Origin: an uncultured Terricaulis sp. | Lineage (GTDB): Bacteria; Pseudomonadota; Alphaproteobacteria; Caulobacterales; Aquidulcibacteraceae | Assembly (NCBI GenBank): GCA_964402795.1 | Contig: CAYODX010000013.1 | Location: 2,535-66,534, forward strand | Length of the DNA: 64,000 nucleotides | Direction of reading: 5' to 3' | Part shown: piece by piece, positions 9,154 through 19,964 of the stretch | Layout: the number at the start of each line of letters is the position of its first letter | Position numbering within the stretch: position 1 is the stretch's first letter | Translations under genes and position numbers: made by a program | The notes under the pieces: generated by a model | The model's database searches: none | What the model was told of the DNA's origin: nothing | Seen by the model: only the letters and a program-made list of their open reading frames with translations

Positions 9154-10586
9154 GGGGGCCTTGGTTCGGGCGGCCGGCCTACGGCGCCAGGCGAGAGCGC
9201 CGGCGCTCCGGTCTAATCGCAGCATTGCGTTTCGCTGTGCTCGCCTTGAGCGTATTCGCCTTCGCGCCGCTTGCGCAGCCGACGCCGGCGTTCGCGCAGC
9301 AAGCGCGTGCGGAGGCCGCCGCCCAACACCGCGTACCGGTCGTGCGCATCGTTTCACCTGGCGGCATCGAGGCGTGGCTGGTCTCTGATTCGACAGTGCC
9401 GATCGTTGTCATGCGGGCCTATTGGCGTGGCGGCTCTGCGATCGAACCGGAAAATCTCACCGGCGTCACCGGCGTGATGGCCGACATGCTGACCGAAGGC
9501 GCGGGGGACATGAACGCCAACGCGTTCAAAGAGCGCCTGCAAGACCTCAACATGTCGCTCTCGTTCGGCGCCGGTTGGGACGGTGTCGGCATGAGCCTCA
9601 CCACGCTCAGCGAGAACCGCGACGCTGCGTTCGAGATGGCGCGTCTTGCGGTCAACAATCCGCGCTTCGACGCCGAGCCGCTGGCGCGCATCAAGCGCCA
9701 GATGCTGGTCGGCATTCGCACGCGCGAGACCAACCCAAACTATATCGCCAATTTGGCGCTCGATCAGGCGCTTTATCCAGATCACCAGTATGCGCGGCGA
9801 ACCTCGCGCGAGAGCGTTGAAGCGATCAGCCGCGGTGCGCTGCAGGAGCGGCGCGCCGCTCTGCTCAACCGCGCCACGCTGCAGATCACGATCGTCGGCG
9901 ATATAGAGGCCGAGGCGGCGGGGCAGGCGCTCGACCGCATTTTCGGGTCCTTGCCGCAGGTGGCTCGCCCTGCCGAGCCGGCCGATGCAACGCTCCGAGC
10001 CGCAACGCCGCTGATCGTGCGGCCGCTGCCGCAGCCGCAGAGCCTCATTCTCTTCGCCGGGCCGGGCATCCAAGATGAAGACCCGGATTGGATTCCGCTC
10101 GCCGTCGCCAACTATATCTTGGGCGGCGGCGGCTTCTCTTCGCGGCTGATGGATCAAGTCCGCGAGCAGCGCGGCCTCGTATATGGCATAGGCACCGGCC
10201 CCTCGGTGCGTGAGCATTCCGCTGTCATCCGCGGCTCGGCCCAGAGCGAAAACGGCGACGTGCGCGAAGCGCTGGACGTGACACGCGCCGAAATGGCGCG
10301 ACTCTACCGTGACGGCGCCACGCAGGCGGAAGTGAACGACGCCATCACCTATCTCACCGGCTCGTTCGCGCTCGACCTCGATTCCGACGCCAAGATCGCC
10401 AATGTCGTGCACGGCTACCAGATCGCCGGCCGCGACCTCGACTACGTCAACCAGCGCAACGGCCTGATCCGCGCCGTCACGCGCGATGATGTGAACCGGG
10501 TCATCCGCCGTTTGTTCAATCCGGATGCCTTCACCTTCGTGGTTGTCGGCGAACCGGAGGGGCTGGCGGGGAGCGAACCCCACTAG
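9150..10586 (+). CDS. M16 peptidase, non-catalytic partner subunit
   Basis: No HxxEH; has GGGGFSSRL..VREQRGLVY; GTGA overlap with upstream gene. Confidence 0.9.
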   Translation: MRGPWFGRPAYGARRERRRSGLIAALRFAVLALSVFAFAPLAQPTPAFAQQARAEAAAQHRVPVVRIVSPGGIEAWLVSDSTVPIVVMRAYWRGGSAIEPENLTGVTGVMADMLTEGAGDMNANAFKERLQDLNMSLSFGAGWDGVGMSLTTLSENRDAAFEMARLAVNNPRFDAEPLARIKRQMLVGIRTRETNPNYIANLALDQALYPDHQYARRTSRESVEAISRGALQERRAALLNRATLQITIVGDIEAEAAGQALDRIFGSLPQVARPAEPADATLRAATPLIVRPLPQPQSLILFAGPGIQDEDPDWIPLAVANYILGGGGFSSRLMDQVREQRGLVYGIGTGPSVREHSAVIRGSAQSENGDVREALDVTRAEMARLYRDGATQAEVNDAITYLTGSFALDLDSDAKIANVVHGYQIAGRDLDYVNQRNGLIRAVTRDDVNRVIRRLFNPDAFTFVVVGEPEGLAGSEPH

Positions 10587-10747
10587 CGACGCGTTCGTCG
10601 CGCTTCCACGCGGTCAGCTTGAGGCGAACCAGAGAGCAGCGCCTTTTGTGATAGCGCCAGCGCGTCGACGGCGGGACCTGCGCCTTGACCAAAGGAGATG
10701 GTGACGGACAGCGCTGCAGGGTGCTAACTCCGCGCGAGGAACGCGCG

Positions 10748-11935
10748 ATGACAAATCAAGTGGACGCCTTCCGCGCCGAGACGCGGGCTTGGCTGGAAGC
10801 GAATTGCCCTCAATCCATGCGCCAGCCGATGGCCGGCGAGGAGGATTACGTATGGGGCGGACGAAATTTCAAATTCCAAAGCGAGGACGCCAAGCTCTGG
10901 CTCGAGCGCATGGGCGCGAAAGGCTGGACGGCGCCGACATGGCCGCAAGAATATGGCGGCGGCGGCTTGAGCGCCGACGAAAACCGCGTGCTGCAACAGG
11001 AGTTGAAGCGCATCAATGCGCGGCCTGCCTTGTTTTCGTTCGGCATCTGGATGCTGGGGCCGGTGCTGCTCGAATATGCCAGCGAGGAGCAGAAGAAAGA
11101 GCATCTGCCGAAGATCGTGCGCGGCGAAATTCGCTGGTGTCAGGGCTATTCCGAGCCCGGCGCGGGGAGCGATCTCGCTGGGCTGCAAACCCGGTGCGAA
11201 GACCAGGGCGATCACTGGCTGATCAATGGCCAGAAGGTGTGGACCTCCTACGCCAATTACGCCGACTGGTGCTTTTGCCTGGTGCGCACCGATGCGAGCG
11301 TGAAGCATGAAGGCATTTCGTTCGTTCTGATCGACATGACGACTCCAGGTGTGGAGACGCGGCCGATCAAGCTGATCTCGGGCTCGTCCCCGTTCTGCGA
11401 GACCTTCTTCACAGATGTCAGAGTGCCGAAAGGCAACATGGTTGGCCGGCTGAACGGCGGCTGGGAGATCGCCAAGCGGCTCTTGCAGTACGAGCGCACC
11501 AATATTTCCGGCTTCGGCTCGGGGGCGCGCGTCGATGTCGTTGACGTCGCCAAACAGCATGTCGGCGTGGACGATGGCGTGCTGAAGGACCGCGATCTGC
11601 GCGCGCGCATCGCCCAGCATAAGATGTTCGAGCGCGCCTACGCCCTGACGGCGCAGCGTGCGCAGGAAGAAGCCAAGGCAGGCGGCAATGTCAGCCACAT
11701 GGCATCGATGTTCAAGGTCGCTGGTGCGACGCTGAACCAGGAGCGCTGCGAACTGATGCTGGAGGCGGCTGGCAATCGCGGGCTGGGCTGGTCTGGCGAA
11801 GGCTTTGCGGCCGATGAGCTGGCGGTGACGCGCGGTTGGTTACGCTCGAAGGGTAATTCGATCGAAGGCGGCACGACGGAGATCAATTTGAATGTCGTCG
11901 CCAAACGCGTGCTGGGCTTGAGGGATACGCAATGA
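10748..11935 (+). CDS. Acyl-CoA dehydrogenase family protein
   Basis: WCQGYSEPGAGSDLA, INGQKVWTS, SIEGGTTEI. Confidence 0.93.
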   Translation: MTNQVDAFRAETRAWLEANCPQSMRQPMAGEEDYVWGGRNFKFQSEDAKLWLERMGAKGWTAPTWPQEYGGGGLSADENRVLQQELKRINARPALFSFGIWMLGPVLLEYASEEQKKEHLPKIVRGEIRWCQGYSEPGAGSDLAGLQTRCEDQGDHWLINGQKVWTSYANYADWCFCLVRTDASVKHEGISFVLIDMTTPGVETRPIKLISGSSPFCETFFTDVRVPKGNMVGRLNGGWEIAKRLLQYERTNISGFGSGARVDVVDVAKQHVGVDDGVLKDRDLRARIAQHKMFERAYALTAQRAQEEAKAGGNVSHMASMFKVAGATLNQERCELMLEAAGNRGLGWSGEGFAADELAVTRGWLRSKGNSIEGGTTEINLNVVAKRVLGLRDTQ

Positions 11936-13011
11936 CGTTCACCCTGAATGACGATGCGCGCATGTTGAAAGAAACCGCGCGCGATTTCTTCCGTGACCAG
12001 GCGCCGGTTTCGCGCCTCCGCAAGCTGCGCGATGCGAAGCAGAACGGGCGTGACGCGGAGCTGTGGCGCGAGATGAGCGCGCTCGGCCTTGCAGGCGTCA
12101 TTGCGCCGGAGGAGTTCGGCGGCGCTGGTCTCGGCTTCATGGCGCTAGGCGCTGTGTTGGAGGAGGCGGGGCGCACATTGGTGGCGTCGCCGCTGCACTC
12201 AAGTGCGTGCGTCGCCGCGAGCGCGCTGATGCTGGCCGGGACGGAGGCGCAGAAGGCGGAGTGGCTGCCGAAGATTGCTTCGGGTGAAATCATTGCAACG
12301 CTGGCGGTGGATGAGGGCGCGCATCACGCGCCAGGCAGATCCACGCTGAAGGCGAGCGGCGGAAAACTGAGCGGTGAAAAGAAATACGTCGCCGATGGAC
12401 ATATCGCCGAGCTTTTCATCGTCGCCGGGCAGGAAGGCGCGCTCTACCTCGCGCCTGCGAATGCGAAGGGGCTCTCGCGTCGCGAATTGTTCACGGCCGA
12501 TAGCCGCGGCGCAGCCGATCTCAAGTTCGAGGACGTGGCCGCAGAGCCGATGAATGGCGGCGTTGCGGTGCTGGATGAGATTCTGGATCGCGCGCGCATC
12601 GGGCTGGCGGCGGAAATGCTGGGCCAAGCCAGTGAAGCGTTCGACATCACCAGCGAGTATCTAAAGACGCGGCGCCAGTTCGGGCAGGTGATCGGCGGCT
12701 TCCAGGCGCTGCAGCATCGCGCCGCAAAATTGTTCACCGAACTTGAACTCACGCGCTCGTGCGTCCTTGCGGCGCTCGATGCGGTGGATCGCGGTTCAAA
12801 GAACATCGCCGAGTATGCGAGCCTCGCGAAGGCGCGCGCGGGCGAGACGCTGCACAATGCAACGAACGAGATGGTCCAGCTGCATGGCGGCATCGGCATG
12901 ACCGATGAACACGACGCTGGTCTCTACCTCAAGCGCGCGCGCGTGGCCGAGGCGCTTTATGGCGGGGCCAGTTTTCATCGCGACCGGTATGCGAGCTTGC
13001 TCGGGTTCTGA
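11932..13011 (+). CDS. Acyl-CoA dehydrogenase family protein (likely heteromer partner)
   Basis: RRQFGQVIGGFQALQHR, QLHGGIGMTDE; ATGA overlap. Confidence 0.93.
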   Translation: MTFTLNDDARMLKETARDFFRDQAPVSRLRKLRDAKQNGRDAELWREMSALGLAGVIAPEEFGGAGLGFMALGAVLEEAGRTLVASPLHSSACVAASALMLAGTEAQKAEWLPKIASGEIIATLAVDEGAHHAPGRSTLKASGGKLSGEKKYVADGHIAELFIVAGQEGALYLAPANAKGLSRRELFTADSRGAADLKFEDVAAEPMNGGVAVLDEILDRARIGLAAEMLGQASEAFDITSEYLKTRRQFGQVIGGFQALQHRAAKLFTELELTRSCVLAALDAVDRGSKNIAEYASLAKARAGETLHNATNEMVQLHGGIGMTDEHDAGLYLKRARVAEALYGGASFHRDRYASLLGF

Positions 13012-13027
13012 TTGCGCAGTCAAGCGA

Positions 13028-13135
13028 TCGTCATTCCGGGGCGCGCGCGGCGACGGACCCGGGACCCAGGGGCGACAGACTAGTGTTCGCCACTGGGTTC
13101 CGGGTCCGTCGCTGCGCGTCGCCCAGGAATGACGA
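13028..13135. repeat. REP-like palindromic element (GTCATTCC...GGAATGAC)
   Basis: Terminal inverted repeat TCGTCATTCC/GGAATGACGA, internal GCGACGGACCCGG/CCGGGTCCGTCGC; between convergent genes. Confidence 0.75.
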
Positions 13136-13162
13136 AGAGTGAGATTGCTCCCACACTTCGCT

Positions 13163-14371
<1,209 letters not shown>

Positions 14372-14391
14372 TGCTGGCCTCCTTCCAAAAT

Positions 14392-14466
14392 TGGAGCGGA
14401 TAGTGGGAGTCGAACCCACCGCCTCCACGATGGCGACGTGGCGCTCTACCGCTGAGCTACATCCGC
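14392..14466 (-). tRNA. tRNA-Gly(GCC)-like gene with non-canonical anticodon loop
   Basis: 75-nt cloverleaf GCGGATG TA GCTC AGCGGTA GAGC G CCACG TCGCCAT CGTGG AGGCG GTGGG TTCGACT CCCAC TATCCGC T CCA; encoded CCA. Confidence 0.85.
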
Positions 14467-14502
14467 AAAGGTTCAGGTAGGAAGCGGCCTGGAGCGCATA
14501 CG

Positions 14503-14538
14503 AAAAACCCCTCCAGGCCGCGCCTTGGAGGGGTTCTT
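14503..14538 (-). terminator. Intrinsic terminator (attenuator) upstream of tRNA-like/rtcB
   Basis: AAGAACCCCTCCA-AGGCGCGGCC-TGGAGGGGTTTTT on minus strand. Confidence 0.8.
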
Positions 14539-14560
14539 CATGCTCCACATCGACACGATG

Positions 14561-14656
14561 TCAGAACGCCGAACTCCTCCGCGCGCGCGTACCCTCTTGC
14601 GCGCCGCAAGACGCGACGAGCATCAGGTTGCACAGGAATGTGTTCAGCGTTTTCAC
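14561..14656 (-). CDS. Putative leader peptide (MKTLNTFLCNLMLVASCGAQEGTRARRSSAF)
   Basis: GGAG 7 nt before GTG; 31 codons; codons 26-29 contain GGAGGAGTTC complementary (9/10) to terminator 5' arm. Confidence 0.6.
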   Translation of the reverse strand: MKTLNTFLCNLMLVASCGAQEGTRARRSSAF

Positions 14657-14721
14657 GACACGTCTCCGAAGGACGGCGCGTGTAACACAAGCCTCGGGCA
14701 AATGCACGCGCTTTTTCCGGC

Positions 14722-15741
14722 TCAGGCGGTGGCGCTGGATTCAATGTTCTCGCGACGCACATTCATGCCGGCGAAACGGGTGCGATAGTCTGCCGGGGTC
14801 ATTCCGGTCGAGCGCTTGAACAGCGAGCGAAAGAAGGACACGTCATCATAGCCGACAGCGCTTGCGATTGACTGCACCGAGCCGCGGTGGCTCTCCAGCA
14901 AATGCTTGGCTGTCTCGATGCGCACCGCGCGGAGGTATTCGCCAGGCAGTTTGTGCGTGGCTGCTTTGAATCTGCGCAGGAACGTGCGCGAACTCATGCC
15001 GACGCCCGCAGCGACATCCTCAACTGAAAGATCTTCGCGAAAGCGGGCCTGCAGAACGAGCTCGGCAGCGCGCACGGCTTCGTCATTGTGCGGCGGCGAC
15101 AGCGGCAGCATGGCGTAGCCGGCTTGACTCGAGCGCGGCAGATTGAGCAACAGCGCCTTTGCGGTCTGTACCGCGATCTCGTGCCCGCAGAGTTTCTCCA
15201 CCAGGTAAAGACTGACGTCTGCTGCGGCCGTGAGGCCGCCGCTGCACAGCAGACGCGCATCCTCCGTGACGAACATGTCCGAGCGCCAATCGACGTCCGG
15301 CCACCGCTTCTGAAAATCCTGTGCGATCGCCCAGTGGGTGGTGCCTTGGCGCCCGCGCAACAGGCCGGCCTCCGCGAGATAGCCAGCGCCCATGCAGACG
15401 CCGGCGAGATAGGCGCCGCGCGCATGGTGCCGCTCGAGGAAGGGCAGCAATGCGCTATTCTCAAGCAGCTTTTCATCCATCGCCAATCCGGATGTCGGTA
15501 CGACGATGATGTCGGTGCGGGCGATGTCGTTGATCGCGCATTGCGGCGTCATTTTCAGCCCGGCATAGGGGCTGCGCACCGGACCGCCATCAAGTGAAGC
15601 GGTGGTTACACGAAAGCGCGGCTCAGGGGTTTCACCCCTGAGCTCGCGCCATAACGCGCCTGCTGAATGGAAGATCTCGATCGGCATCAGCGCCGTGGAC
15701 GCATAGCCGTCGTCGAGCAGCACAACCGTGACGTCGAGCAT
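14722..15741 (-). CDS. GlxA family AraC regulator (DJ-1/PfpI + HTH)
   Basis: GVCMGAGYLAEAGLL..TTHW domain; C-terminal MSSRTFLRRFK and VGYDDVSFFRSLFKR; start moved to 15741. Confidence 0.92.
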   Translation of the reverse strand: MLDVTVVLLDDGYASTALMPIEIFHSAGALWRELRGETPEPRFRVTTASLDGGPVRSPYAGLKMTPQCAINDIARTDIIVVPTSGLAMDEKLLENSALLPFLERHHARGAYLAGVCMGAGYLAEAGLLRGRQGTTHWAIAQDFQKRWPDVDWRSDMFVTEDARLLCSGGLTAAADVSLYLVEKLCGHEIAVQTAKALLLNLPRSSQAGYAMLPLSPPHNDEAVRAAELVLQARFREDLSVEDVAAGVGMSSRTFLRRFKAATHKLPGEYLRAVRIETAKHLLESHRGSVQSIASAVGYDDVSFFRSLFKRSTGMTPADYRTRFAGMNVRRENIESSATA

Positions 15742-15793
15742 TCGGCCCTCCGGCCTTTGCGGCCAACCTAGACCATCCATGGCGGACGCGCCA

Positions 15794-16069
15794 TCACGAC
15801 CGGGCTGTGGTCGGATCGATGATCCCGACAATTTCGGTGATCTTATTGGCAGGGAAGCCTGAAATGCGTGCGTGCTCGCGAATGGCGTCTTCGTTCTCGG
15901 CCAGATAGACGCAGAACGTCTTGTCTTTGGCGACGTACGATTGGACCCATTGCGCGCGCGGCGCCAATTGCGCCAGAGCGGCATTCGATGTCTTGGCGGC
16001 GCCGGCCAGATCGCCAGGACCCATGCGGTCGACGCCGGGAATATCACGTTCAATTATGTAGCGTTTCAT
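15794..16069 (-). CDS. DUF4242 family small protein
   Basis: MKRYIIERDIPG..WVQSYV..KTFCVYLA..IREHA..GFPANKITEI. Confidence 0.8.
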   Translation of the reverse strand: MKRYIIERDIPGVDRMGPGDLAGAAKTSNAALAQLAPRAQWVQSYVAKDKTFCVYLAENEDAIREHARISGFPANKITEIVGIIDPTTARS

Positions 16070-16171
16070 ATGCGGCCTCCTTAGTGCCGAGGCGTCCTAT
16101 GCCTGCGCCGCGCTTCGCCAGCGAGCGGCTGCACTGACAATCAAGCGGGGCTATTTCGCCATGTTCGCATC

Positions 16172-16975
16172 CTAGAAATCGCGGGCGATATCCTCGGAGT
16201 CCGCTTCCGGGCGGACCATCAATCCTTGCTCGATGAGCGCTTCCCAGGCCGCTTCCGCCGTGTCGGCGAAACGGAACAGCGTGAGGTCGGCCTGATCGAT
16301 CACGCCGTGCTTCACCATGGCGTCGAAATTGATGAGTTCGCGCCAATAGCCTTCGTCGAAGAGCACGATCGGCATCGCCACGACTTTGCGTGTCTGGCGC
16401 AGAGTCAGGACTTCGAACAGCTCATCCATGGTGCCGAAGCCGCCTGGAAACACAACCAGCGCTTTCGCCCGCATGGCTAAATGCATCTTTCGCATCGCGA
16501 AATAATGGAAGTTGAAAGTGAGCTCCGGCGTCGTGTACGCGTTCGGCTCTTGCTCGTGCGGCAACGTAATGTTGAAGCCGATAGCAGGCGCCCCGACCTC
16601 GCGCGCGCCGCGGCACGCTGCTTCCATCGCCCCAGGACCTCCGCCGGTGGCGATGACGTGGTGATGGTCCCCGTTTTCGATGACGAGCGCGCCGCCTCGC
16701 TGTGAGGCGATACGGCCGAACTCGCGCGCCTGCGCGTACCACAGCCGCTGCTGCTCTGAGCCGTCTTCTCGAATGCGCGCCGAGCCGAACACGACGATGG
16801 TGGAAGCGATTCGCGCTGCGCGGAGCAGCGTCTCCGCCTTGTAGTATTCCAGCATGAAGCGCACCCCGCGCATCGAGTCGCTCATCAGGAAGTCCTGATC
16901 CAGCGCGGCGAGCTGAAACGAAGGCGAGTTCATCTGTTCGGAATTGGCTGGCAGGGGAGGCGTGTCTTTCGGCAT
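16172..16975 (-). CDS. LOG family protein (Rossmann fold, lysine-decarboxylase-like)
   Basis: [36 protein letters not shown]. Confidence 0.9.
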   Translation of the reverse strand: MPKDTPPLPANSEQMNSPSFQLAALDQDFLMSDSMRGVRFMLEYYKAETLLRAARIASTIVVFGSARIREDGSEQQRLWYAQAREFGRIASQRGGALVIENGDHHHVIATGGGPGAMEAACRGAREVGAPAIGFNITLPHEQEPNAYTTPELTFNFHYFAMRKMHLAMRAKALVVFPGGFGTMDELFEVLTLRQTRKVVAMPIVLFDEGYWRELINFDAMVKHGVIDQADLTLFRFADTAEAAWEALIEQGLMVRPEADSEDIARDF

Positions 16976-17009
16976 GCTGCTATGGTCAGCGCTCCGCCAG
17001 CGAATCGCA

Positions 17010-18875
17010 ATGCCAATCCGCCGCCTCCCACCCGAAGCCATCAACCGCATCGCCGCAGGCGAAGTGATCGAGCGCCCGGCCGCCGCGGTGAAGGAACTCG
17101 TCGAGAATGCGCTCGATGCCGGCGCACGCCGGATTGCGGTGCGGATCGAGCGCGGGGGGCTTGGACTCATAAGTGTCGAGGACGACGGCGCTGGCATTCC
17201 GCGAGAGGAACTGCCGCTTGCGGTGGAGCGGCACGCCACCTCGAAACTCACACCAAGCAAGAGCGGCGACGTCGATCTGTTGAACATTCACACCATGGGC
17301 TTCCGCGGCGAGGCGCTGCCTTCGATCGGCGCTGTTGCGCGCCTAGCCATCGTCTCCAAGGCGCGCGGCGAAGATGAGGCCTGGGCTATCCACGTCGAAG
17401 GCGGCGCTATGGGCGCCGTGAGGCCATCGGCGTGGGCGGCGTTCGGCGCGAGCGGCGCGAGAGTTGAGGTGCGCGACCTCTTCTTCGCCACCCCTGCACG
17501 TCTCAAGTTCATGAAATCCGAGCGCGCAGAGACGATGGCGGTGTCGGAGGTGCTGAAGCGCTTGGCCATGGCGCGACCCGATGTTGCGTTCTCGCTGGAC
17601 AACGAGGGACGTGCGTCCTTGCGCATGGCCGCCGAAACGGATCCCCAGAATGAAGGCCGCCGGGCGCGTCTTGCCGCTATCCTCGGCGCCGAGTTCGCGC
17701 CCAACTGCGTGGCGCTCGATCAAATCCGCGGGGCGGTGCGTCTTTCCGGCTTCGCGGGCCTGCCGACGTTCCATCGCGGCACGCGCGAGCATCAGCATCT
17801 GTTCGTCAACGGCCGCCCGGTGAAGGACAAGTTGATCGTGGGCGCGGTGCGCGCGGCTTACCAGGATTTGCTTTCGCGCGATCGTCATCCAGTGGTGGCG
17901 CTGTTTCTCGATTTGCCGCCGTCAGAAGTCGACGTGAACGTGCATCCGGCAAAAACGGAAGTGCGTTTTCGGGACGCCAGCCTAGTCCGGGGCCTCATTG
18001 TTGGCGCGCTAAGTCATGCTCTGGCGGGGGCGGGCCACCGCGCTTCCACGACCATTGCGCAGGGCGCGCTCAGCGCGGTGCGGGCCTACGCGGCGCCGCA
18101 GCCCATGCTGCAGTGTGTATCCTCTCCCGCGCAAGCCTTGGCCGAAGAGCGCGCGGCGGGTGCATTCGTGATGCCGACCGCACGTGTGGACTACGAAGCG
18201 TCCCTTTCGTCTTTCGGCGCGGAGGTGTTGGGTGAAGCGATCGCCCTTGCAGATGGGGCGCCCGCCGCACGCAGCGACGACGAGGACGCCCGCTTCTTTC
18301 CTCTCGGAGCTGCGCGCGCGCAAATCCACGAAACCTATATCGTAGCGCAGACGGAAGACGGCATTGTCATCGTCGACCAGCACGCAGCGCACGAGCGATT
18401 GGTCTATGAGCGCATGAAGCAGATGTTGGCTAATGGCGGCGTGCGCCGACAGGCGCTGCTCATTCCTGAAGTAGTCGAACTCGATCCTTCGGAAGCCGAA
18501 CAGCTTGCGGCCCGCGCAGAGGAATTGGCGCAGCTTGGCCTCGTCATTGAACCATTCGGCCATGGCGCAGTGTTGGTGCGCGAAACGCCGGCGCTGCTCG
18601 GACACGTCGACGCCGCGGGGCTGTTGCGCGACCTGGTGGACGATATCGCCGAATTCGGCGAGGCGCATGCGCTGAAGGATCGACTCGAGGAAGTGTGTTC
18701 GTCGATGGCTTGCCGTGGGTCGGTGCGCGCTGGGCGACGCTTGACGGCCGATGAGATGAACGCGCTGTTGCGGCAAATGGAGGCGACGCCGTTCTCCGGC
18801 CAGTGCAATCACGGTCGGCCAACCTACGTCGAGTTGAAGCTCACTGATATAGAGCGGCTGTTCGGGCGCCGCTGA
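17010..18875 (+). CDS. mutL: DNA mismatch repair endonuclease MutL
   Basis: [34 protein letters not shown]. Confidence 0.98.
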   Translation: MPIRRLPPEAINRIAAGEVIERPAAAVKELVENALDAGARRIAVRIERGGLGLISVEDDGAGIPREELPLAVERHATSKLTPSKSGDVDLLNIHTMGFRGEALPSIGAVARLAIVSKARGEDEAWAIHVEGGAMGAVRPSAWAAFGASGARVEVRDLFFATPARLKFMKSERAETMAVSEVLKRLAMARPDVAFSLDNEGRASLRMAAETDPQNEGRRARLAAILGAEFAPNCVALDQIRGAVRLSGFAGLPTFHRGTREHQHLFVNGRPVKDKLIVGAVRAAYQDLLSRDRHPVVALFLDLPPSEVDVNVHPAKTEVRFRDASLVRGLIVGALSHALAGAGHRASTTIAQGALSAVRAYAAPQPMLQCVSSPAQALAEERAAGAFVMPTARVDYEASLSSFGAEVLGEAIALADGAPAARSDDEDARFFPLGAARAQIHETYIVAQTEDGIVIVDQHAAHERLVYERMKQMLANGGVRRQALLIPEVVELDPSEAEQLAARAEELAQLGLVIEPFGHGAVLVRETPALLGHVDAAGLLRDLVDDIAEFGEAHALKDRLEEVCSSMACRGSVRAGRRLTADEMNALLRQMEATPFSGQCNHGRPTYVELKLTDIERLFGRR

Positions 18876-18983
18876 CCGCTAAAAACCTCGAAACGGCCAC
18901 TTTTGGCACCGGTCTTCGCTTGCGTTCGGCGGCGCCTCTGAGACAATGCAAGGGCGAGCGGATCACGCACAGGGGGTTACAGA

Positions 18984-19910
18984 ATGAACGTTCTCACGCG
19001 CACTATCGCCGCGGCGGCGTTGCTCGGACTAGCCGTTTCACCGGCAAGCGCGCAAACTTTCAACGCGGGCGCCAGCGGCGCATACGGGCAGGTGCAGTTG
19101 CGCTCCGGCTTCGAACCAGATCCGCACAACGTCACGCTCAATGCCGGCGGCTCGTATGATGCGTCGCAATTGCGCGATGGATGCCGTGGCTATATCGGCA
19201 CGCGCGCAAGCTTTACTTTGCGCTATCGGGCCGGAGCGTTGCCGCTCTATATCGGCGCAGTCTCGGACGCGGACACCACGATCGTGGTCCGCGCGCCCGA
19301 CGGGCAGTGGTTCTGCGACGACGACAGCGCCGGCAATCTCAACCCGATCGTGAGCTGGGAGCACCCGGCAAATGGTCGTTATCAGATTTGGGTCGGCCGT
19401 TTCGGCGTCCAGAACGAAACCGCGCCGGCGGTGCTGCATATTTCCGAGATCGGCGGCCCTGAAATGCAAACGGCTTCTGGAACGGCTTCTGGCGAGCAGC
19501 CGGACTTTTCACTCGATCCTGCTTACGGAGCGGTGGACCTGCGTTCAGGCTTCACGCCCGATCCACACACGCAGAATATTGCTGCGGGCGGCTCGCTCGA
19601 TGCGGCCGCACTTGGCGGCAATTGCCTGGGCTGGATCGCGCGAGCTCCGGATTATCGCGTGAATTGGACAGCAGGATCTGGCTCGCTGCCGCTCATCTTC
19701 AGTGTCGAATCGGAGTCCGACACGACGCTGGTCATCAATGACGCGCAGGGCAACTGGGTTTGTGACGATGACGGCGGCAATGAGGGTCTGAACCCGTCGA
19801 TCAGCTTCAGCAACCCGGTGTCAGGCCAATACGATGTCTGGGTTGGCACTTACGCTCAAGGCGATCTTCAGGAATCCACCCTCAACGTCTCAGAACTCTA
19901 TTCTCGCTGA
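18984..19910 (+). CDS. Secreted protein with two tandem PPC-like domains
   Basis: Signal peptide (ASA); repeat YG.V.LRSGF.PDPH..AGGS.DA..C.G.I..W.CDDD..LNP..G.Y..WVG occurs twice. Confidence 0.75.
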   Translation: MNVLTRTIAAAALLGLAVSPASAQTFNAGASGAYGQVQLRSGFEPDPHNVTLNAGGSYDASQLRDGCRGYIGTRASFTLRYRAGALPLYIGAVSDADTTIVVRAPDGQWFCDDDSAGNLNPIVSWEHPANGRYQIWVGRFGVQNETAPAVLHISEIGGPEMQTASGTASGEQPDFSLDPAYGAVDLRSGFTPDPHTQNIAAGGSLDAAALGGNCLGWIARAPDYRVNWTAGSGSLPLIFSVESESDTTLVINDAQGNWVCDDDGGNEGLNPSISFSNPVSGQYDVWVGTYAQGDLQESTLNVSELYSR

Positions 19911-19931
19911 GTTCTAGTAACGAAGCATGAG

Positions 19932-19964
19932 GGCCGCGCGCAGCGATGCGCGCGGCCTTTCTTT
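19932..19964 (+). terminator. Intrinsic terminator
   Basis: GGCCGCGCGCA-GCGA-TGCGCGCGGCC then TTTCTTT. Confidence 0.8.

Noticed and set aside
14372-14548. 59-aa N-terminal extension of RtcB in the ORF track
   Set aside because: It reads through the terminator and tRNA-like gene; ATG 14371 has a GGAGG SD and gives a normal-length RtcB
14690-14715. Possible sigma54/RtcR promoter for rtcB
   Set aside because: TTGC is present but the -24 GG is missing (AGCGCGTGCATTTGC)
15742-16053. N-terminal extension of the GlxA regulator in the ORF track
   Set aside because: Overlaps the DUF4242 gene in another frame; homology begins at MLDVTVV
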